Shown piece by piece: positions 8,576 through 17,120 of a stretch of 64,000 nucleotides of DNA. Every line of letters begins with the position of its first letter. Positions within the stretch are counted from its first letter, which is position 1. The notes under the pieces are model-generated. The model made no database searches, had not been told where the DNA came from, and was given only the letters and a program-made list of their open reading frames with translations. This stretch comes from a virus. Where the stretch lies: IMG/VR virus record IMGVR_UViG_3300028590_000011, positions 1 through 64,000 of that record. The stretch is one strand, 5' to 3'. The translations under genes were made by a program, and so were the position numbers.

Positions 8576-9369
8576 TACTGGCTCAGCATCCAGTCCACGA
8601 TGCTGTCCGAGGTCTTGGCGTGCTCCTGCGGAACCTCTCCGTAGCCCTCGTCCTTGCAGAGCTTCACGAGATCCCACGGCTCCATGGCCCTCAGCTCAGC
8701 CTCAGTTACCTCGCGCTCAGGCTCAGGGTCCTTGGGCTCCTCGCGCTTGATGCGAGTACGCCGTGCCTCAGCAGCCAGTTGGTCCTCCAGCGAGGCCTCA
8801 GCCTTGGCCTGCGACGCCTTGGCTGAGGTAGTGGCAGCCTTGGCCGAGTTACCCCAGGCCTCGTCGTACGCAGCAACCAGGAGCTCCTCAGGGTCACGGA
8901 GGCGATCGGTGTCGATCGGGTCGGAGGTCTTGTCCTGACCCTCAACGTCGTAGTCGTAGAAGCCGTTGTCCTTCTTGAAGCGCGTGACGATGTAGTACCG
9001 GTCAGTGACCGTACCGAGACGCTCGTAGCGGGTCTTCAGCTTGTCCGAGACGGTCTTGGGGACCTTCCAGACGTTCACGTAGGCCTTGCCGTCGTACTCA
9101 GAGACAGCGTTGAAGGCAACCTTGCGGGAGGCCTTGGACATCTTCTCGTTGTCCGAGGTGCAGCCGGGGCAGGTGTCCCGCTCGTTGGTGCAAGGGAACG
9201 GGTTGCCGTCCGGGTTGAAGTGCTCCCAGTAATAGACCCACTTGTCGGGCTCATCCGCCACACGGAGGATGTTGTCGCCGTCCTTCATGTACTTCATGAA
9301 GGAGAGCTCGCCACCATCACCGCCACGGGTGTCGGTCGCGGCCTCTTCTGCGCTCTTACCAAACCTCAT
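8575..9369 (-). CDS. Single-stranded DNA-binding protein (gp32-like)
   Basis: F.K..DG...LR, EH, C..CPGC Zn site; position in the replication operon. Confidence 0.7.
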   Translation of the reverse strand: MRFGKSAEEAATDTRGGDGGELSFMKYMKDGDNILRVADEPDKWVYYWEHFNPDGNPFPCTNERDTCPGCTSDNEKMSKASRKVAFNAVSEYDGKAYVNVWKVPKTVSDKLKTRYERLGTVTDRYYIVTRFKKDNGFYDYDVEGQDKTSDPIDTDRLRDPEELLVAAYDEAWGNSAKAATTSAKASQAKAEASLEDQLAAEARRTRIKREEPKDPEPEREVTEAELRAMEPWDLVKLCKDEGYGEVPQEHAKTSDSIVDWMLSQ

Positions 9370-9596
9370 GATGTTGCCTTCCTGACCGTCTCAACGGTCT
9401 CTCTCACAGTTGTCATGACGCCCTCATTGACGCCCTCAGCGGCCCGCTCACGGGCCATCTCAGCAGTCTCACCAGGCTGAACCTTGGTAGAGACTCCGTA
9501 CTTGATCCAGGACTTCTCACCCGAGATGACGATCTCGTGGGTGACCGCTACCTCAACGGTGTCTCCTGGCTGGAGGTAGTTCTTCTGGATCTTCAC
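9366..9596 (-). CDS. Hypothetical protein
   Basis: Coupled ORF. Confidence 0.65.
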   Translation of the reverse strand: MKIQKNYLQPGDTVEVAVTHEIVISGEKSWIKYGVSTKVQPGETAEMARERAAEGVNEGVMTTVRETVETVRKATS

Positions 9597-9907
9597 TTGT
9601 CCACCTGGATGACATGACCCTTGCGCGCCATGTAGGCATCGAGCTCGGCCACATCCTCCTCAGTGAAGAGATAGATCAGCAGACCACCCTGCTGAACAGC
9701 GCTCGACGGAGCGTTGACCTTTGGGGTGCCATCGGAGTTCTCGGCGTGGATGAGACGCCGGATAGTCTGGACATGGACGCCATACCGCTGAGCCATGTCC
9801 TTGACGCCCAGGTAGCCCTCCGGGAGGCTCTCCATGATCATGGAGGCCGGAGACTTCCGCTTCTGCGGAATCGCATCCTCGGCGCGGATGATCTTCAGGT
9901 TGGTCAT
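9593..9907 (-). CDS. MerR/excisionase-like HTH protein
   Basis: LGVKDMAQRYGVHVQTIRR...YLFTEEDV. Confidence 0.7.
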   Translation of the reverse strand: MTNLKIIRAEDAIPQKRKSPASMIMESLPEGYLGVKDMAQRYGVHVQTIRRLIHAENSDGTPKVNAPSSAVQQGGLLIYLFTEEDVAELDAYMARKGHVIQVDK

Positions 9908-10323
9908 TCCTCTGCGTCCTTCTCGGTGTATCGGAGGAAGGGTGTCCCCGGCACTGGCTGGGCGTACTTGGCGACGATCATCGGATCGACCTCGCCCCGG
10001 CCCATGGCCTCCTCCAACGCCTTGCGGTTCAGCTTCTTCTCGGTGTACTTGTCGTAGACCTTGGCAGTCAGGGCCCTTCGCAGGCCCTTCTCGTCCAGCT
10101 GTACTCGCTCTGCGCGGACGTATGTGACCGTCCTGACCTTGTCACCATCGATCATCTTGTAGGTCTTCTGGTGCCGCTCTTCCATGTCGGCTGCCAGCTT
10201 GGCCTCAATGATCTTCAGGTGCCGGTTCGCCTGATCCGCAGCCTGCTTGGCTGCGACGTACTCACCGAGGAGGTCGTGATCTTCAGTCGCGGCTTCGTTG
10301 ATCCGTGCGATGCGGAGTGCCAT
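9904..10323 (-). CDS. Hypothetical coiled-coil protein
   Basis: Start MALRIA 7 nt downstream of a -10 box. Confidence 0.7.
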   Translation of the reverse strand: MALRIARINEAATEDHDLLGEYVAAKQAADQANRHLKIIEAKLAADMEERHQKTYKMIDGDKVRTVTYVRAERVQLDEKGLRRALTAKVYDKYTEKKLNRKALEEAMGRGEVDPMIVAKYAQPVPGTPFLRYTEKDAEE

Positions 10324-11165
10324 GTCGTTGACCCTACACAAGACTGAGCAGTCGATACAAGAGGAGACACAACTTTCTTCAGGCGATCTTCGGAGAGCTC
10401 GCCCACGTCCTTCCCCCACGAACGCGGCCAGGTAAGTCGAGATACCGCACGGTGGGGGAAGGCTCGTTCGGTGTCGCAGTGAGCCTTCCAGCCAGCGTCG
10501 TCATGGTCGTACGCAGTGAAGACGAAGAGAGGGTCCAGTCGGTCAATGAGTCGGACCTGATCTTCTCCCAGACGAGCTCCGTAGATGGCCAGGGCATCCA
10601 CTCCGACACTCCACAGCGCGATAGCGTCCAGGGCTCCTTCACAGAGGACCACCACATCGCTTCGTTGTAGATGGCTGTAGTTGAACAGAAGCCTGCCCAC
10701 GTCGATGCCACGGGGGTAGCGGTACTTGGGCCCCGAGTCAGCATCCAGTGCTCGCCGCACCACTCCCAGCACGGCTCCTGATGGGTCTCGCAGCGGGTAG
10801 GTAACGGCGTTGAAGTCGGGGTCGTATCCGAGTCGGAAGCGAGTCGCAGCAGCCTGCCCCACGCGCGCCAGCCAATAGGGATGGGTTGCCCCAGCGTCCC
10901 ACCTAGCGAGCCATGACTCCGCATAGATCGTCTCCTCAGCCATCTCTTCCTCGAACCACCGCTGCATGACTTCATAGTCAGGTTCAAGGAGAGCGTCTTC
11001 TCCGGTGAGCCCGCCACGGGCTCCGCAGGTGTAGCAGATCCACTTCTGCTTGATGACGTTCACCGACGCGGAGGGGCGGCTGTCTCCGTGTACGGGGCAC
11101 AGGAAGGGCCTCTCAACCCCATGGCCGTAGAGCACGGCCTCCTGGAGTGTCCAGTGCCTCAACAT
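10215..11165 (-). CDS. DNA primase (CHC2 Zn finger + TOPRIM)
   Basis: CPVHGD..PS...CYTCG; LCEGALD; YDHDDAG; KDVGE. Confidence 0.9.
   Translation of the reverse strand: MLRHWTLQEAVLYGHGVERPFLCPVHGDSRPSASVNVIKQKWICYTCGARGGLTGEDALLEPDYEVMQRWFEEEMAEETIYAESWLARWDAGATHPYWLARVGQAAATRFRLGYDPDFNAVTYPLRDPSGAVLGVVRRALDADSGPKYRYPRGIDVGRLLFNYSHLQRSDVVVLCEGALDAIALWSVGVDALAIYGARLGEDQVRLIDRLDPLFVFTAYDHDDAGWKAHCDTERAFPHRAVSRLTWPRSWGKDVGELSEDRLKKVVSPLVSTAQSCVGSTTWHSASHGSTKPRLKITTSSVSTSQPSRLRIRRTGT
10331..10360 (-). promoter_or_regulatory. Promoter TTGTAT-N18-TAGGGT inside the primase 3' end, probably leaderless
   Basis: Hexamer matches; 7 nt to the ATG. Confidence 0.6.
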
Positions 11166-11380
11166 GGCGCTTCGTTGACTGAGTCCGCCAGCTGCTCATC
11201 AATGAAAGGGATGGGCTGGTCGATCTCGTCCCACATCAGGCTGCCCTCACGTAGACGTGGTGCTCGCCGTCGCAATCAGGCCGGATGCACGTCCACTTGG
11301 TGGTGAGCGTGACCTTGGTGTGCTCGGTGACGCCGTCCTCCGAGACGGTCAACGCGGTCGTTGTGCTGCTGATCTCCATG

Positions 11381-12625
11381 TCACAGTTCCTCTGCCATCA
11401 AGGCCATGTCGTCGGCCTGTTCGCGGGTGATCTCATCGAAGACCCCGATGTTGGGGTCGAATGTGGTGCAGAACCTGATGCCGCCCATGCCGTGACGGTT
11501 CTTCTCCAGAGAGAAGAGCGTCGCCACGTTGTGCGCCATGGCTCGCATGGTGACAACCACATCGCCGTCCTGACCGAGAGCGTCGGACTGAGCGAGGGTG
11601 CGGAGGATGGGGGCTTCCTTGCCGTGGTCGCCCTCACGGTTGATCTGGGAGGCCACCAGCATCCGGGTGTTAGCCGTACCCGCCAGCGCCTTCAGGTCGT
11701 TGGAGATGGAAGCGGCGACCCGCCAGTCGTCTACCGACCGAGAGCCGCCGTCAGCGCGCATGAGTCCGATGTAGTCCACGATGTTCAAGTGGTACTCATC
11801 AGCCCCAGAGGCGATGAGGCCAGGCGTGACCACACCTTCGCGCGGAGTGTGGATATCCAGGAAGCCAGCGCCACGCTCTTCGAGGCGGTCAGCGAGCTCT
11901 CCGACGAACTGCTTGTAGGTGTGCAGGTCGACCCTGCGATCCCTCAGGTCCGTGAGGGTGATGCCCTTGTAGCCGAAGACGGTGGCCAGAGCAGCGTGGA
12001 AGCGGAAGCGAACCTCGTTCTCATTCATCTCCAGCGAGTAGAACTTCACCCGGCAGCCGTCAAGGACAGCCCGGACGGCGTAGTTGACGAGGTGGGCGGA
12101 CTTGCCCTGTCCGGGACGGGCAGCGAGGTACCAGATGTTCCCCGGCCGGATGCCACCGGTGTGGCGCTGGAGCGTCCGATAGGGGACCTCGACAGCCTGA
12201 TTGGGCTCGTCCCACGAGTCCAGGAAGTCCATGTCCGTGAGGAGCTTGCGGGGCTTGGGAGCTGTGCGGTGGAGTTCAACACCTTGAAGTACGCCGTGAG
12301 CAGCCGCCACGTCGCCCATCTTCAGGTTCTCCATGGCCTCGGTCATCGAGGCCGTGATCTGGATGCGGTCGTACGCCTTGAAGACCAGGTCAGCAGCAGA
12401 CCGAATGTCCTCGTGCTCGCACTTCGGGAAGTTGGGGAAGGAGGCCTTGAACGCCTCCCAGGTGGGCTCGGTGCCGTAGTACTCCAGGTAGTTCAGGAGC
12501 CAGTTGTACTCGGACTTGTAGCCGATGAAGTGGTGGTTGGTGATGCCGAAGTGAGAGGCAGCCATCACGTCGCCGTTGTTGAGCAGCGCCGAGATGAGGA
12601 TCGCCTCACCTGAGGTCTGGGTCAT
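11381..12625 (-). CDS. dnaB: DnaB-like replicative helicase
   Basis: AARPGQGKS Walker A, SLEM, IVDYIGL, ASQINR, QDGD, EKNRHG. Confidence 0.93.
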   Translation of the reverse strand: MTQTSGEAILISALLNNGDVMAASHFGITNHHFIGYKSEYNWLLNYLEYYGTEPTWEAFKASFPNFPKCEHEDIRSAADLVFKAYDRIQITASMTEAMENLKMGDVAAAHGVLQGVELHRTAPKPRKLLTDMDFLDSWDEPNQAVEVPYRTLQRHTGGIRPGNIWYLAARPGQGKSAHLVNYAVRAVLDGCRVKFYSLEMNENEVRFRFHAALATVFGYKGITLTDLRDRRVDLHTYKQFVGELADRLEERGAGFLDIHTPREGVVTPGLIASGADEYHLNIVDYIGLMRADGGSRSVDDWRVAASISNDLKALAGTANTRMLVASQINREGDHGKEAPILRTLAQSDALGQDGDVVVTMRAMAHNVATLFSLEKNRHGMGGIRFCTTFDPNIGVFDEITREQADDMALMAEEL

Positions 12626-12659
12626 GGGGAGTCCTGTCGTTCAGTTGTTGCGTCTCTGC

Positions 12660-12688
12660 ACCCTACTCACTGAGTGCATACGATGCAA
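12660..12688 (-). promoter_or_regulatory. Promoter TTGCAT-N17-TAGGGT for the helicase operon
   Basis: Hexamer matches upstream of dnaB. Confidence 0.65.
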
Positions 12689-12691
12689 TGC

Positions 12692-13039
12692 TCAGTTTGT
12701 GTAGAGATGAACTTGTTCCGGCCAGACGTAGTCGAACCGGATGTAGGTGTCACCGGGGTCCGAATTGATGGTCGTCTTGCGGTGGGTCCGGGTCAGGGGC
12801 ACCAGGACACCTCCGTTGTGTTGGCAGGGACGGATCTTCTGCTTGTTGCATTCACGACACCACCGGTGAGCGGACGCCAGACGAGGAGCATCTGGGTAGC
12901 AAGTCCGACAAGGCTGTGCCCGACCGATCTCATCCAGGTTCACCTCAGCTGCGACGGACCCGGACTTGGTCAGCTGGAAGCACTCACGGTTCTTGTGGAA
13001 GCGAGGCCGGGTCGTCCTCGTCACGTACACCTTGGGCAC
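12692..13039 (-). CDS. Cys/His-rich hypothetical protein
   Basis: FH...C..L, PC..C, CRECN motifs. Confidence 0.6.
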   Translation of the reverse strand: MPKVYVTRTTRPRFHKNRECFQLTKSGSVAAEVNLDEIGRAQPCRTCYPDAPRLASAHRWCRECNKQKIRPCQHNGGVLVPLTRTHRKTTINSDPGDTYIRFDYVWPEQVHLYTN

Positions 13040-13084
13040 CAGATCAGAGTAAGACGAGAGCCGACCGGATGGAAGCCGAACATG

Positions 13085-13128
13085 GAAGAACCCCCGGAGC
13101 TCCTTGACTAGCTCAACGGGGGTTCTTC
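13085..13128. terminator. Stem-loop, possible terminator
   Basis: GAAGAACCCCC...GGGGGTTCTTC inverted repeat. Confidence 0.45.
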
Positions 13129-13466
13129 ACCTCGAATAAGACGCGGACTCCCCAGTCCCAGTCTCACCTGCACTAGACAGGCTACACACAGCAGCTGTAG
13201 GTTGGCCAGCACAACCGAATAGACGTGTTACAGGACTCCCCAAGCAACACCCAGATCAGCCTGCATGACCACAGCAGTCAGAACGTGGTTGCCGCCTCAC
13301 CAGCGGTGATGTCGAGGGTTAGAGCCTCATCATCCGAGGCTGCCCTGGTGAAGCCTCGTGTCCCTCCTTGGGGGGATATAGGGGGGCGTGTACACAGTGC
13401 GCAGCGCCACTGATCCCTTGCTAGATCATCTGAGATCTGCCTCGAAGAGGCGCTTCCATCTCCATC

Positions 13467-13495
13467 TTGTAGTGACGTGTATGTTGTGATATGAT
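13467..13495 (+). promoter_or_regulatory. Promoter TTGTAG-N17-TATGAT with extended -10
   Basis: Hexamers; TGn before the -10. Confidence 0.6.
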
Positions 13496-13634
13496 GTAGT
13501 CATCAGTTGGTACAGCACCGACTGAGTCACTGAGTGAGACCCCACCCCGAGGTACGAACTCCTCACAGAGGTGTAGTTGCATCCGCTCAGATCTAGCCCG
13601 GTACGGGTCCCTTTAACAAGGGATCTACCGGGCA

Positions 13635-13663
13635 TTGCTGTTATGTATACGTTGTGATATACT
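13635..13663 (+). promoter_or_regulatory. Promoter TTGCTG-N17-TATACT with extended -10
   Basis: Hexamers; heads the plus-strand gene array. Confidence 0.7.
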
Positions 13664-13756
13664 TATCTACGTAGCCCTGCGATAGCTATGTCCTGACCCC
13701 ACGGAGGGACTGGTTGTCGCAGGGCTACTTCTATGTCCGGACAACGTAGGAGAGAG

Positions 13757-13951
13757 ATGGCCAGAGCAGAGCACAAAGCGTTGAGGAGCTTCCTCCTGGG
13801 CTGTATCCACGGCTCAGTGATCAACAAGGAATTCCCGATGAAGATCGAGAAGGTGGAGGTCGTCCCGGATGGAGAGGGAGACCCCGACCATCTGAGAGTC
13901 ACCAGCTTCTCGGGACGAGTCTGGGAGATCTCCGTGGAGGAGGTGACTTGA
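13757..13951 (+). CDS. Hypothetical protein
   Basis: ATG after AGGAGAG. Confidence 0.6.
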   Translation: MARAEHKALRSFLLGCIHGSVINKEFPMKIEKVEVVPDGEGDPDHLRVTSFSGRVWEISVEEVT

Positions 13952-14229
13952 TGAACATCCCTTGTATGTCCTGTGGGCAGTCCACCTCTGAACCACCTCC
14001 TTTGGGCTGTCTCCATGAGCGGAACCACCTCTGCATCTGTGAGACACCTGAAGCCACGGAAGTTGGTCAGACCCACACCTGCACCAAGTGCGGGTTCATC
14101 AACGAGGTACGGGACATGTTCGATCCCAACTCACGCCTCCCGGAGATCACCAGAGAGCGGATGCGAAAGAGGTATCCAGATGGACTCCTTGGGTGGAGCC
14201 GTACACACGAGAAAGGAACAACTGCATGA
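13948..14229 (+). CDS. Cys-rich hypothetical protein
   Basis: CxxC pairs. Confidence 0.55.
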   Translation: MMNIPCMSCGQSTSEPPPLGCLHERNHLCICETPEATEVGQTHTCTKCGFINEVRDMFDPNSRLPEITRERMRKRYPDGLLGWSRTHEKGTTA

Positions 14230-14516
14230 CGCAAGAGGAACGAGACATCTCCTTCCCCTACATGGTGAAGGAGGAGGATGTCTCGGACATCGACGTACGA
14301 GGAGGAGCCTCCCTCCTCAACCCGGTGTACTGCATCGGGTGTGAGCTCGGTGGAGACAAGGAGATGAACCTCTCCCAGGCTCTGGACCACGTCCTCCACA
14401 TCCACAAGGTTCGCAAGCACAGGATCTACAAGCCTGGCGTGGAGAAGTTGCAGAGGAACGAGGAGCGCTACCGGGAGCACATGAAGCGGATGAACCAGGA
14501 GAGGGAGAACGCCTGA
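14226..14516 (+). CDS. Hypothetical protein
   Basis: ATGA overlap; CxxC...H. Confidence 0.6.
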   Translation: MTQEERDISFPYMVKEEDVSDIDVRGGASLLNPVYCIGCELGGDKEMNLSQALDHVLHIHKVRKHRIYKPGVEKLQRNEERYREHMKRMNQERENA

Positions 14517-14665
14517 TGGCGAAGTACAAGCGCAAGGTAGGTCTGGCCCTGGAGGCTCGGAGGAAGTCCTGGGACTCGGCTTCTGCCGATGCCCGCAAGG
14601 GAACCCGACGCCCTGGTTCACAGAACCGGAACAAGGGCTACGGAGTCTCCACGGGCCGACGATGA
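14516..14665 (+). CDS. Small basic protein
   Basis: TGATG overlap; MAKYKRKVG... Confidence 0.5.
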   Translation: MAKYKRKVGLALEARRKSWDSASADARKGTRRPGSQNRNKGYGVSTGRR

Positions 14666-14806
14666 CGACCGTCATCTCTCGGGAGACCTACCTGATCCGG
14701 AGAGGGATCATCCGGCGCATGTCGAACGAGGAGATCAAGCATCTCCTCACAACTGAAGACAAGGACCTCTCCGAGGAGAAGTCCTGGGAACAATGGAAGA
14801 GGGAGT

Positions 14807-15190
14807 ATGAACACTGAGAAGCAGCAGGACATCGAGGGTGACGACCTCGCCCTTCTGTACTGCACCAACGCCGACGATCTGGATCGTCCTCACCCTGAGT
14901 CCGTGAAGATCATGGGTGACTGTGGACATCTCGTCTGGATGAGCCCGTCCACGAAGGACATGTACGACAACCCGGATCTGAAGACCAGAGCGAGATGCTC
15001 GCGATGTGTCCCCAGAGAGGAGCTTCGGAACCTGCTGAAGCAGGGTCTCTTCCGGCACACTCCGGCCTCCAAGCAGGAACTGCTCGACTCCGGGATGCCG
15101 GAGCCCCTCGTGGAGGCGCTCTACAACCTCCTGGGCGTCAAGCCGATGACCGAGGAGGAGTACGACAAGCTGGGAGCAGCCGATGCCTGA
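14807..15190 (+). CDS. Hypothetical protein
   Basis: CGH.VW...C..C pattern. Confidence 0.65.
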   Translation: MNTEKQQDIEGDDLALLYCTNADDLDRPHPESVKIMGDCGHLVWMSPSTKDMYDNPDLKTRARCSRCVPREELRNLLKQGLFRHTPASKQELLDSGMPEPLVEALYNLLGVKPMTEEEYDKLGAADA

Positions 15191-15530
15191 GATCACCCTG
15201 CGGGTCAAGATCAAGTTCCCGCCCATCGACCACGAGGGCGACGTGAACACCGCCGAGGCCTGCTTCAACGCCTCCAACCTCATAGCGGCGCTTGACCACT
15301 ACGCGGACTGCGCGCTGGAGTACGACGGAAGGTACACCGCCGTCGACTCTCTGGAGGTGTCCTTCCTCGGTGCGCAGAAGCCTTCCGAGGATGACATCGA
15401 GGCGATGAAGGACTGGCACAAGGAGCACTGCGCGGGAGAAGACGGGTGTCAATCTCCGGGTTCCACGGAGCACTGCCCGTACGACTGGGAAGAGGAAGAA
15501 GAGGAAGAAGGTCTCTCTTCTTTCGGCTGA
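15183..15530 (+). CDS. Hypothetical protein
   Basis: C-terminal H...C...C...CPYDW, also seen in the 15756 ORF. Confidence 0.65.
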   Translation: MPEITLRVKIKFPPIDHEGDVNTAEACFNASNLIAALDHYADCALEYDGRYTAVDSLEVSFLGAQKPSEDDIEAMKDWHKEHCAGEDGCQSPGSTEHCPYDWEEEEEEEGLSSFG

Positions 15531-15535
15531 GGCTA

Positions 15536-15565
15536 TTGCATGTCGTGTCTATGATGTGCTATAGT
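15536..15565 (+). promoter_or_regulatory. Promoter TTGCAT-N18-TATAGT with extended -10
   Basis: Near-consensus hexamers in an AT-rich patch. Confidence 0.7.
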
Positions 15566-15571
15566 TAATGC

Positions 15572-15728
15572 AATGGGCACCCGGTAGGCTGCCCAGCACA
15601 AGTCTTCCGGACCAATAGGTCGCCACCTGAGGTCCGGGAGTGGTGGATCCGGAGTCCCTTTGGGACCTCGCCCCTTGAAGGCCCTCGGGCTGGAGATTCG
15701 TCTCTGGCTCGGGGGCCTTCTTCTGTTT
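15572..15728 (+). ncRNA. Candidate ~155-nt structured RNA or attenuated leader
   Basis: Promoter upstream, three stem-loops, then a long UUCG hairpin and U-rich tail. Confidence 0.5.
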
Positions 15729-15755
15729 CACCGCCCTTCACAACAGGAGAACAAC

Positions 15756-16511
15756 ATGAAGAAGTCCACCAAGGTCGGCCTGTACGCCGCCTGCTCCCTC
15801 ATCGGCCTGAAGGTCATCGACACGATCAACTCGATGTTCCACGAGTGGGTCGTCAACGAGATCGAGGCTGCCACCTACGACTACTTCTCGGACCACACTG
15901 AGCAGCTCCGTCAGCACGACGACGAGATCACCGAGCTCTGGCTCCGGCACCCCGACGCCAAGGAGATGTTCGGGGACATGGTGGTCGAGGATGTCTCCCC
16001 CTACCCCATGGACGACGTGGCCGGGTACACCAGCTACGCCCCCAAGACATACGCCCCCGGTCCGGGCTCGGAGATCATGCACCGGCAGTTCTGCCACGAC
16101 AAGACCGAGTGCCAGTTCCCGGACGCCATCGAGAACTGCCCGTACGACTGGACGACCATCAAGACCTTCCAGCAGGAGACGCCGGAGGGGCATCTCATCA
16201 CCGAGGGCTCCTGGGAGAACCTGATCACCCCGCAGGAGGACCACTACGGCCCGATGGACCACATCAACGATCTGGAGTTCGTTGGGTCCAACGTCGCGGT
16301 GGTCGTCCAGCAGGACCGCACCAACGACGAGCTGAAGGTGCAACAGATCGCGGAGTCGGAGGGCACCTCCACGAGGCACTTGCTGCACCAGCACCGGCTC
16401 TGCTTCCAGGCCCAGCGGTCTATCACGGCTGGTTGGGCGTACGTGGACGGTGCCTCTGCTGGCTGCGCCATCCACCCGGACGAGCCCGAGCGCTGTCCGA
16501 TGTCCTTCTGA
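15756..16511 (+). CDS. Hypothetical protein with hydrophobic N-terminus
   Basis: ATG after AGGAG. Confidence 0.7.
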   Translation: MKKSTKVGLYAACSLIGLKVIDTINSMFHEWVVNEIEAATYDYFSDHTEQLRQHDDEITELWLRHPDAKEMFGDMVVEDVSPYPMDDVAGYTSYAPKTYAPGPGSEIMHRQFCHDKTECQFPDAIENCPYDWTTIKTFQQETPEGHLITEGSWENLITPQEDHYGPMDHINDLEFVGSNVAVVVQQDRTNDELKVQQIAESEGTSTRHLLHQHRLCFQAQRSITAGWAYVDGASAGCAIHPDEPERCPMSF

Positions 16512-16723
16512 TGGATCAGGTCTATATCGATCAGCAGCGAGCGAAGGGGCTCGCTCAGGTTAGACAGATCGCCATCGACGCACGCACAGCACTTGGTCTT
16601 CCTGACGCTGATATGCGGCTACTGGCCAAGATGCGTCAAGACCCTCCAGGGACCGTAAGGACTCTGGATGAACGGCGCGCATTCGAGCGTCGGTGGAACT
16701 ACCTCGTGAGCCTGCGCTCATGA
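16511..16723 (+). CDS. Hypothetical protein
   Basis: TGATG overlap. Confidence 0.5.
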   Translation: MDQVYIDQQRAKGLAQVRQIAIDARTALGLPDADMRLLAKMRQDPPGTVRTLDERRAFERRWNYLVSLRS

Positions 16724-16726
16724 CCC

Positions 16727-16765
16727 GAGAGGGACCTGTCTGTGGGGCAGGTCCCTCTCGTCTTC
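16727..16765 (+). terminator. Intrinsic terminator-like hairpin
   Basis: GAGAGGGACCTGTC/GGCAGGTCCCTCTC. Confidence 0.55.
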
Positions 16766-16805
16766 CCCAACTGAATAAGTCCATACAGACACAGATGAAT
16801 AGGAG

Positions 16806-17120
16806 ATGCACATGTACGTCTTGGAGATCCGGTTCTGCGACCAGCAGACCGGCGTGGTCGAACTCCGTGGCGATGACCAGGTCGCTCGTGACGCCTGGGC
16901 CGAGTTCGCTGACAAGCTCCTGCTCGGGCAGGACTTCGGCGTCGCAACCCCGGGAGGGACCGGCGCACACCCCGTTCAGGTCAGCTTGGTTGGTTACAAC
17001 CAGCTCGACCCCAACGACCCCGGAGAACTGCACTACTCGGTGTACAGGACCTGCTCGGACCTGCACCCCAAGAGCGCACCGGAGCCGAAGCTCATCGTTG
17101 CGAAGGGAGCACTGCGATGA
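16806..17120 (+). CDS. Hypothetical protein
   Basis: SD AGGAG upstream. Confidence 0.65.
   Translation: MHMYVLEIRFCDQQTGVVELRGDDQVARDAWAEFADKLLLGQDFGVATPGGTGAHPVQVSLVGYNQLDPNDPGELHYSVYRTCSDLHPKSAPEPKLIVAKGALR

Noticed and set aside
5642-12625. Inteins or introns in DnaE or DnaB
   Set aside because: Lengths are compact and no intein C1/HN motifs or interruptions are visible
15572-15728. tRNA, hammerhead or known riboswitch
   Set aside because: No T-loop/D-loop cloverleaf, no CUGAUGA/GAAA core, no aptamer consensus I recognise
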